Sequence record: SRR31156797_5325 | DNA: 64,000 nt | Strand: one strand, 5' to 3' | Shown: piece after piece, positions 30,473 through 39,781 of the stretch | Layout: each line of letters opens with the position of its first letter | Position numbering within the stretch: position 1 is the stretch's first letter | The notes under the pieces: model-generated | What the model was told of the DNA's origin: nothing | Databases searched by the model: none | What the model saw: the letters and a program-made list of their open reading frames with translations, nothing else | Translations under genes and position numbers: made by a program

Positions 30473-30617
30473 CCTTCAACTTCTTTCTTTCCCAAGAATT
30501 GCCCGGTGTTGTTCAACAACCGGGGTCACACCTTTGTATTCGGCCCTAGTCATATTTATTGCGTTATAGACAGCGTACTTGTATCCGCACGGATAGTCGC
30601 GTGTCTGGGGTAACCAA

Positions 30618-31676
30618 ATGAGTTTAAACGAAACTTTATCACTTTCCTTGCCACAACTAGGATGGCGTCCATTTTATCAACAACAACTTGATTGGGATGA
30701 AATGGAAAACACTCTTCCTGCTCGTATCAGCGAACACCACAGAAGTGGCTACATATGCTGGACAGAAAATGGCGAGATTCACCTAGATATCCACACCAAG
30801 CTACCACCAATGACGGTCGGTGACTGGATTCTACTCAATCGTGAAGACAACCAGTTTGTTCGTCTACTTGAGCGTCAAGCGCTGTTTAGCAGAAAAGCTG
30901 CTGGTGTAAAAGTCTATGAACAGCTGATATCAGCCAACGTCGACACGGTATTCATCGTCTCTTCTCTTAACCTCGACTTTAATTTAAGTCGTATTGAGCG
31001 CTATTTGGCACTCGCGAAAGAAGCTCAGGTTGAAGCGGTAATCGTACTGACCAAAGCGGACCTCTGTGATGACGTTGAAGAAAAATGCCGACAGGTTCAG
31101 GCACTCAATCCACTACTCAGCGTCGAAGCGATTAATGCACTTTCTACTGAAAGCTGCCAACGCTTAAAACCTTGGTGCAAAGTGGGCAGAACCGTCGCTG
31201 TCATGGGATCATCTGGCGTTGGCAAGTCAACATTAGTCAACACACTGATGGGCAATGATGTACAAGATACTTCCGGAATTAGAGAGCAGGACAGTAAAGG
31301 TCGACATACGACGACTTTTCGTTCATTGCTGGTAACGCCATCTGGCGCTCTGCTACTCGATACTCCTGGAATGCGAGAGTTGCAAATTGCCGATTGTGAG
31401 CAAGGCATTAACGAAGTGTTTGCTGACGTTGCAGAGCTTGCAGAACAATGCCGATTCAGCGACTGCCAGCATCTCAGTGAACCAGGTTGTGCGGTGCAAA
31501 AAGCCGTAGAAAATGGTGACTTGGATGAGAGAAGGCTAAAAAACTACCGTAAGCTTCTGGCAGAGCAAGAACGCAATAGCCATTCTCTCGCCGAGCGGCG
31601 CGCTAAAGAGAAGGACTTTCACAAACACGTCAAATCAGTGATGAAAGAGAAAACGGCAAGTAAACAAGGATATTAA
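30618..31676 (+). CDS. rsgA: Ribosome small-subunit-dependent GTPase RsgA paralog
   Basis: Circularly permuted GTPase: TKAD, GSSGVGKS, GRHTT, DTPG; C-terminal Zn finger CRFSDCQH...C. Confidence 0.92.
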   Translation: MSLNETLSLSLPQLGWRPFYQQQLDWDEMENTLPARISEHHRSGYICWTENGEIHLDIHTKLPPMTVGDWILLNREDNQFVRLLERQALFSRKAAGVKVYEQLISANVDTVFIVSSLNLDFNLSRIERYLALAKEAQVEAVIVLTKADLCDDVEEKCRQVQALNPLLSVEAINALSTESCQRLKPWCKVGRTVAVMGSSGVGKSTLVNTLMGNDVQDTSGIREQDSKGRHTTTFRSLLVTPSGALLLDTPGMRELQIADCEQGINEVFADVAELAEQCRFSDCQHLSEPGCAVQKAVENGDLDERRLKNYRKLLAEQERNSHSLAERRAKEKDFHKHVKSVMKEKTASKQGY

Positions 31677-31909
31677 TCCACCAACAATTAAAAGGGCGAC
31701 ATTTCGCCCTTTTAATTTACCCAACATTACAACCTACAATTTGATAACAAATCATCAAAAATGTGTCGAATTTCAACAAATTTTATAAATATTATTCTTA
31801 TAAAAAATAAATTATAGACACATATCTCTATAACGTTAATATTACGTCCCTACAGTGATAAACGCTGTAATTACAACTATTCGAAAAATTTGTTCATCCA
31901 GGGATAATT

Positions 31910-33130
31910 ATGCAAAGCAACAATCTTTTTGCCCGTTTCGCGCGTGGCAATCTGGTGTTACAAATCCTCGTTGGTATCGTATTAGGTGCCATCGTAGCGA
32001 CTGTATCTCCAGATTTAGCACACAAAGTTTCACTATTAGGTAGCCTGTTTGTTGGAGCACTAAAAGCCGTTGCTCCAATCTTGGTCTTCATTTTGGTTGC
32101 AGCGTCTATCGCAAACCAAAAGAAAAACCAACACACATACATGCGCCCAATCGTCGTGTTGTACCTTGTTGGTACACTAACGGCTGCACTAACCGCTGTC
32201 GTTCTTAGCTTCCTTTTCCCAACCACTCTAACGCTAGTTGCGGGTGCGGAAGGTGCAACTCCTCCACAAGGTATTGCGGAAGTTTTAAACACGCTACTAT
32301 TTAAGCTGGTTGATAACCCAGTAAACGCACTAATGAGCGCAAACTACATCGGCATTCTTGCTTGGGGTGTAGGTTTAGGTTTGGCACTACACCACGCTTC
32401 AGCAACAACCAAAGCGGTGTTTGAAGATCTTAGCCACGGCGTATCTCAAATCGTTCGCTTCATCATTCGTTTAGCACCTTTTGGTATCTTCGGTCTTGTT
32501 GCTTCAACGTTCGCAACCACAGGTTTCAGTGCTCTAGCGGGCTACGCTCAGCTTCTTGCGGTACTGCTAGGTGCAATGGCAATCATCGCGCTAGTGGTTA
32601 ACCCAATCATTGTGTACGTGAAAACCGGCGAAAACCCATACCCGCTGGTTCTTCAATGTTTACGTGAAAGTGGTGTAACAGCATTCTTTACCCGTTCAAG
32701 TGCTGCAAACATCCCAGTAAACATGGCGCTATGTGAAAAGCTAGATCTCGATGAAGATACCTACTCTGTATCTATCCCACTAGGTGCGACAATCAACATG
32801 GCTGGTGCGGCTATCACTATCACAGTACTAACGCTTGCTGCCGTTCATACTATGGGTATTGAAGTTGACCTACTTACAGCGGTACTGCTAAGCGTTGTAG
32901 CTGCAGTTTCAGCGTGTGGTGCTTCAGGCGTTGCAGGTGGTTCACTGCTACTTATCCCACTAGCGTGTGGCCTGTTTGGTATCTCTAACGACGTAGCAAT
33001 GCAGGTTGTCGCAGTCGGCTTCATCATCGGTGTAATTCAAGACTCGGCTGAAACAGCATTAAACAGCTCAACTGACGTTGTATTCACAGCAGCAGTATGC
33101 CGCTCAGAACACAAAAAAGCTCAAGGTTAA
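31910..33130 (+). CDS. sstT: Serine/threonine:Na+ symporter
   Basis: [38 protein letters not shown]. Confidence 0.95.
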   Translation: MQSNNLFARFARGNLVLQILVGIVLGAIVATVSPDLAHKVSLLGSLFVGALKAVAPILVFILVAASIANQKKNQHTYMRPIVVLYLVGTLTAALTAVVLSFLFPTTLTLVAGAEGATPPQGIAEVLNTLLFKLVDNPVNALMSANYIGILAWGVGLGLALHHASATTKAVFEDLSHGVSQIVRFIIRLAPFGIFGLVASTFATTGFSALAGYAQLLAVLLGAMAIIALVVNPIIVYVKTGENPYPLVLQCLRESGVTAFFTRSSAANIPVNMALCEKLDLDEDTYSVSIPLGATINMAGAAITITVLTLAAVHTMGIEVDLLTAVLLSVVAAVSACGASGVAGGSLLLIPLACGLFGISNDVAMQVVAVGFIIGVIQDSAETALNSSTDVVFTAAVCRSEHKKAQG

Positions 33131-33151
33131 TTCCTTAAGCTCGAATGTGAT

Positions 33152-33175
33152 AAAACCCGCCGATTGGCGGGTTTT
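33152..33175 (+). terminator. sstT terminator
   Basis: AAAACCCGCC-GATT-GGCGGGTTTT. Confidence 0.85.
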
Positions 33176-33496
33176 CTTATACTGACCTTCTTACTTCTAG
33201 CACAAGTCAACTAACTCACTCAACAAGCGCCTATAGGCTGGCTTTTCTAACCAATCCTTACTGTGAACTGTGGCCAAAAAGGTGTTTTCTATGCTGAACC
33301 GCTTCAAAGTTAGTGTTGAACTTTCGACGATAACGTTTATCGTGCACACCTTGTGGGCGGACATCTGCCAGTCACTTCTAACCTTTTTTATAACCAAATA
33401 ACAACTTTTAACCGTTACTAGCACCCACATACTCGATAACGCGCGGCTGTATATAAATGCAAATCAAAGAAGGTGGTTTAGGGTAGAAAATTGACT

Positions 33497-35335
33497 CTAA
33501 ATCGATTTCGAAATTAAGTCAGCTTTCAACAGCCCACCTTTCGTAAGTAACTTAGCCGTAAACTTCGGATTTTTTCTCTGCTTATAAGCGGTGAATATTT
33601 TCTGCAACCCTTCAGCCTCTAATAATGAGATATTAATGTCCGTGTCCATATCTGCAGCGTCGATGAAATCTTCTGAAAATGAAGGGGCAATGATTAGAAC
33701 CTGAGCTACTCGATGTCCATCGACTTCACAACGTTTTACATAAGACTTAACTTGTCTCGAGGTGGAAGAATACTTCGCATAATGACCATTTTTATATGAC
33801 TTAGCTTCACCAATAATTACGTCATTATTTTCTAGGGAAATGATAATGTCAGCTTTATCTTTTGCCGTATTAATCCCTTTCCTTAAGTCCTCATCTACGT
33901 TTAAACCTATTTGTTCTAATATCGAACGAGTGACTTCTTCAAATTTAACACCTAAATCCGCTTCTTTGATATCAATGCCAGCTGCACATAGAGATTGGAG
34001 ATCTCGGGTTGCTAAATGGTGATAATTTTCTATGTAGCGGTCATTTGCACTAGCGAAGCTCTCTATTATTTGGCTACGGGGGTTTCCTCGCTTCGGTAAG
34101 CCCAAATCATTTCGGATTTGTTTGATTTCGTCATTCGTATATAAATAAAGAATATCAGTAGGAGTGATATTTAAAGCCTTTAGACGCTCAGGATCTAAGG
34201 TTTCTTTATTCTCTATTTCAAAATCTTTCCTAATGAGCTCTTCAACGTTGGAAGAGCTAGTTGTCAATGATTCCAAAAGTTCTTTATAACCGCTAACACT
34301 TAAAGCATTAAACTCTTGTTCTTCAGACTGTTTCAAAGCTTCAATTAATACATCAATACGTTCTTGTAACTTCGAACCAATTCGTTGTATGTCTAGCCCT
34401 AGTTCTTCAATTAATAGTTTAATTCTATCCTTTCTCTGGTTTTGCGTAGCGTCAGAATTATGAATGTCGTTTTCCAGAATGCTTCGAATAGATATACCAG
34501 TATGAGCAATTGTTGATATCTTATCCTGACGTTCAACACCTCTGATCTTATGCCCATGATTTTTTAGGATATTTGATAGTTCAGCATCTGTTAACGTGCG
34601 AAGAATTCGAAGAATGTATTTATCATTCAAGTCTTTACCTTGGATTTCGTGGATAATATCGACCACTTCATCTGCGACCATCACTTCAGAGCGACGACGA
34701 TTAACCAAAATTACCCCGCTTTCTCTTAGATATTCTAAAGCAGTTTCGATACCCAATTCGTCAATGGGATTCACTGTATGATCAATTGCATTTATTTCTT
34801 CTCTAGATAGACCTAAGCGATCAGCAACAAGATTCAAGATACTTCGTTCATCATCTGTTATTTTGGCTTCACGATTATACTTAACGTCATTATTAAACGC
34901 CGTACTCATACACTGTTTATATATTTCAAGTCGGTGCAGCCGATTATAATCGTACTCTTCGTTTTCATTGATTTCACTTGCTAGCTGTTTGCTCAACTTA
35001 TTGATTAGCTTGTATTCCTTTGAGTACAAACTCTCAATCCAAGGAACGCTTGCTATACAGTTACCATCACGAGAAAGGATATTTACTAGAAGAGATACTT
35101 GTGGGCCACCAATAGCAATTTGTTCTTTTACATACTGCTTGTAGTAATCTTTTATAACAGCAAACAATTGAGTAATTTCGTTACCAGAAGCCGCTTTCAA
35201 TTGACCATCAATTTTGTCCAATTGCTTAACCAAACTAATGTCGTCTTTATGACTTTGACAAAGCCTATCGATACAGTTTACGAACTTGGACCGTTCGACT
35301 TGGTTTGTATGGGTTAATACTTGGCTCAACTTCAT
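33497..35335 (-). CDS. 612-aa protein with TerB-like, SAP-like and C-terminal PD-(D/E)xK nuclease-like regions; candidate defence protein
   Basis: KITDDERSILNLVADRLGLS (TerB-like); FEE...KADIII...IGEAKS (restriction-endonuclease fold); AT-rich; AAGGA RBS before ATG 35335. Confidence 0.7.
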   Translation of the reverse strand: MKLSQVLTHTNQVERSKFVNCIDRLCQSHKDDISLVKQLDKIDGQLKAASGNEITQLFAVIKDYYKQYVKEQIAIGGPQVSLLVNILSRDGNCIASVPWIESLYSKEYKLINKLSKQLASEINENEEYDYNRLHRLEIYKQCMSTAFNNDVKYNREAKITDDERSILNLVADRLGLSREEINAIDHTVNPIDELGIETALEYLRESGVILVNRRRSEVMVADEVVDIIHEIQGKDLNDKYILRILRTLTDAELSNILKNHGHKIRGVERQDKISTIAHTGISIRSILENDIHNSDATQNQRKDRIKLLIEELGLDIQRIGSKLQERIDVLIEALKQSEEQEFNALSVSGYKELLESLTTSSSNVEELIRKDFEIENKETLDPERLKALNITPTDILYLYTNDEIKQIRNDLGLPKRGNPRSQIIESFASANDRYIENYHHLATRDLQSLCAAGIDIKEADLGVKFEEVTRSILEQIGLNVDEDLRKGINTAKDKADIIISLENNDVIIGEAKSYKNGHYAKYSSTSRQVKSYVKRCEVDGHRVAQVLIIAPSFSEDFIDAADMDTDINISLLEAEGLQKIFTAYKQRKNPKFTAKLLTKGGLLKADLISKSI

Positions 35336-35500
35336 AAGATTTCCTTTTCTAATTGATGCTTTAATAAACAATATAACGAAATCTTATAAATAAGGGATAA
35401 GTTGAATAGAAATACGTTAAGTATGTCACTTGTCTAATATAAGCTTTTGAGCCACACACGTCTGAAATAAAAAAAGATTAGCTCTGTAGACATAGTTAAT

Positions 35501-35532
35501 AAAAAAAGCCACCCAATCTCTTGGGTGGCTTT
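35501..35532 (-). terminator. Intrinsic terminator after the S24 relic
   Basis: AAAAAAAGCCACCCAA-TCTC-TTGGGTGGCTTT. Confidence 0.8.
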
Positions 35533-35534
35533 CC

Positions 35535-35757
35535 CTACATAATATTCTTAAATAATGGCACTAGTGCCTTTCCTATTATTTTGAAATTACATCCATTGGT
35601 GTGGTCAATTTCAAACGTGCCATATTCTGGATTATCCGGAACTATCTGGTACACACCTTTAGTATGTCCCACTTCAGTCGTTTTACGTAAACCGCTTCAT
35701 CGATACGGATAACATAAACGCCGTTGGCTACTGGGTGCTGTCGTTTCGGATACTAAT
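35535..35757 (-). pseudogene. Frameshifted C-terminal fragment of a phage CI/LexA-like (peptidase S24) repressor
   Basis: My translation: PKRQHPVANGVYVIRIDEAVYVKRLKWDIL / frameshift near 35660 / KGVYQIVPDNPEYGTFEIDHTNGCNFKIIGKALVPLFKNIM*. No start codon and no HTH. Confidence 0.8.
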
Positions 35758-35809
35758 GCAAAAAATTACACGGGTTTTACGTAATTTTTAACATTCAATT
35801 TTTGCCGCT

Positions 35810-36568
35810 TTACTCTTTATTCAACATAATTTCTTTTAGATCAGCAATTTCAGATTTAAGTTCTGCAACTTCATTCTTTAAGTTTGTTACGACGTGCTGT
35901 TCCTTTTTATCTTGGTCATCTTCCAAAAACCACGATGCAACAAAACCGGTGAATGTGCCAAACAACCCAACGCCTGCTGTCATCAATATCACAGCGACAA
36001 TACGTCCTTCATAAGTCACTGGATAATAATCGCCATACCCAACCGTTGTAATTGTAACGAAAGCCCACCAGAGCGCGTCAGGTGCATTGTGGATGTTTGA
36101 ACCTTCAACGCCTTTTTCAAGCAACAGCATCGCTATTGCGCCAAAAATAGCCAAGATGACCGAGACAGTAGAAACCAATGAAAAGGTTCCTTGGGTTTTG
36201 TTCCTGAACAGGTAATACAAAATAACTTTTGTTGAACGAAAAGCTCTGAGTATCCTTAAAACCCGAACCACACGAACAATTCTTCCATAGCGGAAAATGT
36301 CCAACATAGGAATGCTCGAAATAAAGTCAATCCAACCCCATTTCATAAACTGCTTTTTGCTAGGAGCTTTGCTAAACCTGACAAAAAAATCGAATAAAAA
36401 AACGAAGCATATTAAATGATCAGCAAATCGCAGTATCTCTTTTACATCCGGCGTTAACTCAAAAAGACTTTCAACAAAAAGCGCCACTAAAACGTATATA
36501 GACAGAATCAAGATGAAGAACTGAAAAGGTCCAATTTGTTCATTTGCTTCTGCTTTATTCCCTACCAT
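35810..36568 (-). CDS. Voltage-gated-type potassium channel (6TM, KvAP-like)
   Basis: TTVGYGD filter; S4 RYGRIVRVVRVLRILRAFR; C-terminal coiled coil. Confidence 0.93.
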   Translation of the reverse strand: MVGNKAEANEQIGPFQFFILILSIYVLVALFVESLFELTPDVKEILRFADHLICFVFLFDFFVRFSKAPSKKQFMKWGWIDFISSIPMLDIFRYGRIVRVVRVLRILRAFRSTKVILYYLFRNKTQGTFSLVSTVSVILAIFGAIAMLLLEKGVEGSNIHNAPDALWWAFVTITTVGYGDYYPVTYEGRIVAVILMTAGVGLFGTFTGFVASWFLEDDQDKKEQHVVTNLKNEVAELKSEIADLKEIMLNKE

Positions 36569-36583
36569 ATAAACCTTCCATAC

Positions 36584-36616
36584 AAAAACGCCACCTAATT
36601 CTATGGTGGCGTTTTT
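36584..36616 (-). terminator. Terminator of the M23-bactofilin operon
   Basis: AAAAACGCCACC...GGTGGCGTTTTT. Confidence 0.8.
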
Positions 36617-36637
36617 ACTTAATCTAAAAAACAGAAA

Positions 36638-37111
36638 CTACTTCTTGGCAGCAACTTTCGCGTTCTGAGTTTGTTTCTCTTGAGCTTTCGCTTCCTGAAC
36701 CTTAGCTTCTTGAACTTCCGCTAGCTCAACGACCGACTTGTCGGTTGCTTTATTGTCAGCTTGATATGGGTAAGTCACGCCGTTAAAGCGACCACCTTGC
36801 TCAATGCTTAAGTCGTCACTATAAATAGTGCCGTTAACTTTACCGTTGCTTAGTATCTCTATTTTCGCAGCGTGGCAGGTGCCTTCAAACTCACCGTTAA
36901 TCACTAAGTGTTCAGCAAAAATGTCGCCGGTTGCTTGGCCACTCTCACTGATAACCAGTGTTTTATTAACGTGGATTTCTCCCTCAACCGAGCCATCCAC
37001 CTGCATGTTGCTTTCTACCCTGAGCTGTCCGCTGATAGTGCAACCTTTTGCGATGAGAGTTGTAGCTGAGTGCTGACTCTTAGCTCGACTTTTTGTACTA
37101 AAGATTCCCAT
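36638..37111 (-). CDS. Bactofilin (CcmA-like polymer-forming cytoskeletal protein)
   Basis: TLIAKGCTISG...VDGSVEG...GKVNGTI...IEQGGRFNG beta-helix repeats. Confidence 0.92.
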   Translation of the reverse strand: MGIFSTKSRAKSQHSATTLIAKGCTISGQLRVESNMQVDGSVEGEIHVNKTLVISESGQATGDIFAEHLVINGEFEGTCHAAKIEILSNGKVNGTIYSDDLSIEQGGRFNGVTYPYQADNKATDKSVVELAEVQEAKVQEAKAQEKQTQNAKVAAKK

Positions 37112-37962
37112 CGAATACCTCTTACCTTACTAAATATCGTCTCAAAGTCATTCACACCCCAGTCCACAAAAGGTCTTGGATCCAATGACCGCCCGACAAA
37201 TCGAATCTCATAATGTAAATGTGGCCCTGATGACAGGCCACTATTGCCCGAATAACCAATCAAATCGCCTTTTTGAATAAAATCACCGCTTTTCACAGCA
37301 AATTTTTTCAAATGCGAGTACGAACTGGTAAAACCGTATGAATGCTGTAAACGTAAAAAGTTACCCGAGCCCTTGTTGCTCGCTCTTGTTACTTCTACAA
37401 CACCATCTGCTGGCGCATAAATGGGTGTTCCGGTGTTCACCGCAAAATCCTGACCTCGGTGAAACTTCACCTTTCCCGTCACCGGATGTGTTCTTTTACC
37501 GTATCCTGACGAAATTCTTGCATTATGAACAGGCGAACCACTAGGTATTTGGGTTAGCATCACCATTCTGACAGAAGAAGTGATGGCTGCCGTATCTAAA
37601 CGTGATTCTAATTCAGAACCTGTGTCTTCCATGCCGAGAACTTTTTCAAGGTCACCCAGACGGTCTGAGACCACCTGGATTTTTTCTTCACGTTCAAGCA
37701 AGTCACCTTCTAAGCTGGTTTTTAGTTGCTTAAGAGAAGTGACCTCTTCAGTCAGAGTTAAAGATTTATTCTCTAATTCGACTTGCTTGAGCTTTGCAAA
37801 ATACACATCGTTTGCCAGCTTGTATATGTAGGCACCTGTAGCAACAATACTGGCTAGAATAAGATAGCCAAATGCTTTTAAACAAAAGCGATATATTTTT
37901 CCTACATGAAAGTACCGTGTTCCGTTAATTGAAGAGACGGAAACAATGACGTTTTCTTTCAT
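37015..37962 (-). CDS. M23 peptidoglycan endopeptidase (TagE-like)
   Basis: TM helix and coiled coil, then HRGQD, YSHL and GPHLHYE Zn motifs. Confidence 0.92.
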   Translation of the reverse strand: MKENVIVSVSSINGTRYFHVGKIYRFCLKAFGYLILASIVATGAYIYKLANDVYFAKLKQVELENKSLTLTEEVTSLKQLKTSLEGDLLEREEKIQVVSDRLGDLEKVLGMEDTGSELESRLDTAAITSSVRMVMLTQIPSGSPVHNARISSGYGKRTHPVTGKVKFHRGQDFAVNTGTPIYAPADGVVEVTRASNKGSGNFLRLQHSYGFTSSYSHLKKFAVKSGDFIQKGDLIGYSGNSGLSSGPHLHYEIRFVGRSLDPRPFVDWGVNDFETIFSKVRGIRWESLVQKVELRVSTQLQLSSQKVALSADSSG

Positions 37963-38363
37963 TCAAAAATGTCTAAATGTCTAGATTGAAAGTTGACGAA
38001 TTCTAGCAGGGAAAGTGCACTGGCTAAACCTCTTACGTAAAAAGATGGCTCCTCGCTCGCGAGACTAATGTCAACTTTGTGAATTGAGCCATAGTCCTTA
38101 AATAGATTCTAAGTAGCCACATTGTCACTAACTGTCTGATTTTATGTGCTACTTATCAACACCTGCGATGGTTCTCATTCAGTGCATACGTTTTTTATTC
38201 GGAATAAGCCGACAATAAAATCAGCCTCTCAACTCGCGATTTCATCGCAATGATGTAAAACACAGCACTGTCCAATCTATATTTCTTATTCCTTTTGATT
38301 CTGTTTAACGATTTTTCTCAACGTGTTAGCCTTTAGGCACATGATGGTTAATGAGAATAGTCC

Positions 38364-39293
38364 ATGAAAATAGGCATTATCGGTTTAGGTGATATCGCGC
38401 AAAAAGCGTATCTCCCTGTGATCACGACACTCCCCAATGTTGAGTTGGTTTTATGTACTCGCAACAGCGAGGTGGTCAGCCAATTAGCACAACAGTATCG
38501 AATCACAGAAACATGCACAGACTACCAACAACTGCTCAACCACCACGTTGATGCGGTGATGGTGCATGCCGCAACGTCAGTCCACCCAGAAATTGCCGAA
38601 TTCTTTCTAAAAAATGGGGTTCCTACTTTTGTTGATAAGCCTTTGGCAGACAGCGCCCAGACTTGTGAAGCACTTTATGAACTTGCAGAAAAGCATCATC
38701 AACCGCTATACGTGGGTTTTAATCGCCGCCATATTCCGCTGTTTAATCAACATTTACCAGAGTTGCAGGCCAATCAGCAGGCAGACTTGCGCTCGTTGCG
38801 TTGGGAGAAGAACCGTTACGACCTAACGGGTGATGTACGTACCTTCATTTTTGATGATTTTATTCACCCACTCGACAGTGTGAATTTGTGCTCTAAAGCG
38901 GATTTACAGGATGTTTACGTTACCCACCAGCGCAGTGGCGATCAGTTAGCGCGCTTAGATGTGCAGTGGCAAACTGGAGAGACAATTTTGCATGCCTCGA
39001 TGAATCGTCAGTTCGGTATCACTGGCGAGCGTGTTCAGGTAGCGCTAATTAATGAAGCCTATGAGTTTGACTCGTTTGTATCGGGCCAATGTTGGAAACA
39101 GAACCAACAGCAATCACTGGCACTTAAAGATTGGACGCCAATGCTCGAGAGTAAAGGATTTAAACATATGATTCTTGATTGGTTTGCTGTTGTACAAGCA
39201 GGTACGCTTTCTCAGCAGGTCGTAGAACGTAACATTGCGAGCCATCAATTAGCCGAAGCGATATGCAATAAAATTGCTGGTTCCATACGTTAA
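38364..39293 (+). CDS. Gfo/Idh/MocA oxidoreductase (MviM/YceM-like)
   Basis: GLGDIA, VDKP, GFNRR, DDFIH. Confidence 0.9.
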   Translation: MKIGIIGLGDIAQKAYLPVITTLPNVELVLCTRNSEVVSQLAQQYRITETCTDYQQLLNHHVDAVMVHAATSVHPEIAEFFLKNGVPTFVDKPLADSAQTCEALYELAEKHHQPLYVGFNRRHIPLFNQHLPELQANQQADLRSLRWEKNRYDLTGDVRTFIFDDFIHPLDSVNLCSKADLQDVYVTHQRSGDQLARLDVQWQTGETILHASMNRQFGITGERVQVALINEAYEFDSFVSGQCWKQNQQQSLALKDWTPMLESKGFKHMILDWFAVVQAGTLSQQVVERNIASHQLAEAICNKIAGSIR

Positions 39294-39452
39294 TACCGCC
39301 TAGAAAGCTATTTGCTTAGAACGACTAAGCCACATAACTCGCGCCGCGATTAAAAGCTTTTAACTCGAACAAAAGTTAACCTCAAAAGATAAACAGGCTC
39401 TAATCACCTATACTTACTCTGTTCGATTCAGAACATAGCTATAGGAGGCAAC

Positions 39453-39629
39453 ATGGAACTACGTAATAAAGCGGGCCAAGTCACTCAATTAGCGGATAAC
39501 CTCACTCTAAAAGAAGTTCAGGAAATGGGTTTTAGTATTGATTTGTGTGATAAGGCCTATGACCCAAATGAGCATTGGCAAGCAGAGCAAGATCGCCGCG
39601 GTAGAGAAAAAGGCTACCCAGAAGAATAA
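39453..39629 (+). CDS. Unannotated 58-aa small protein
   Basis: AGGAGG RBS; MELRNKAGQVTQLADNLTLKEVQEMGFSIDLCDKAYDPNEHWQAEQDRRGREKGYPEE*; CTATACT -10 upstream; below the ORF-track size cutoff. Confidence 0.75.
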   Translation: MELRNKAGQVTQLADNLTLKEVQEMGFSIDLCDKAYDPNEHWQAEQDRRGREKGYPEE

Positions 39630-39734
39630 TCCACAGATGTTGGGATAACCTAAGCCTACCCGTCCCCTCAAAGGGCTGCGCTTTTCGTCAGTGATTCAAA
39701 CTCAGATGTAGGCTTTCTCATCTCAAGTTCTCAC

Positions 39735-39763
39735 AAAAAAGCCGAGCATTTTCGCTCGGCTTT
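39735..39763. terminator. Bidirectional terminator
   Basis: AAAAAAGCCGAGC-ATTTTC-GCTCGGCTTT. Confidence 0.8.
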
Positions 39764-39781
39764 CTCGTTCAAACAACGCAC

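Noticed and set aside
33197-33430. 77-aa minus-strand ORF at the islet edge
   Set aside because: No clear RBS or motif; it may be decayed DNA but I cannot support a call
33447-33462. Possible LexA box CTGTATATAAATGCAA
   Set aside because: The right half-site lacks the conserved CAG and it is not upstream of a credible gene
35501-36616. Similar GCCACC hairpins flanking the K+ channel as direct repeats or att sites
   Set aside because: Similarity is limited to a 6-bp stem and is explained by two ordinary terminators
36660-36720. QEAK repeat in the bactofilin tail
   Set aside because: Short degenerate low-complexity tail, common in bactofilins
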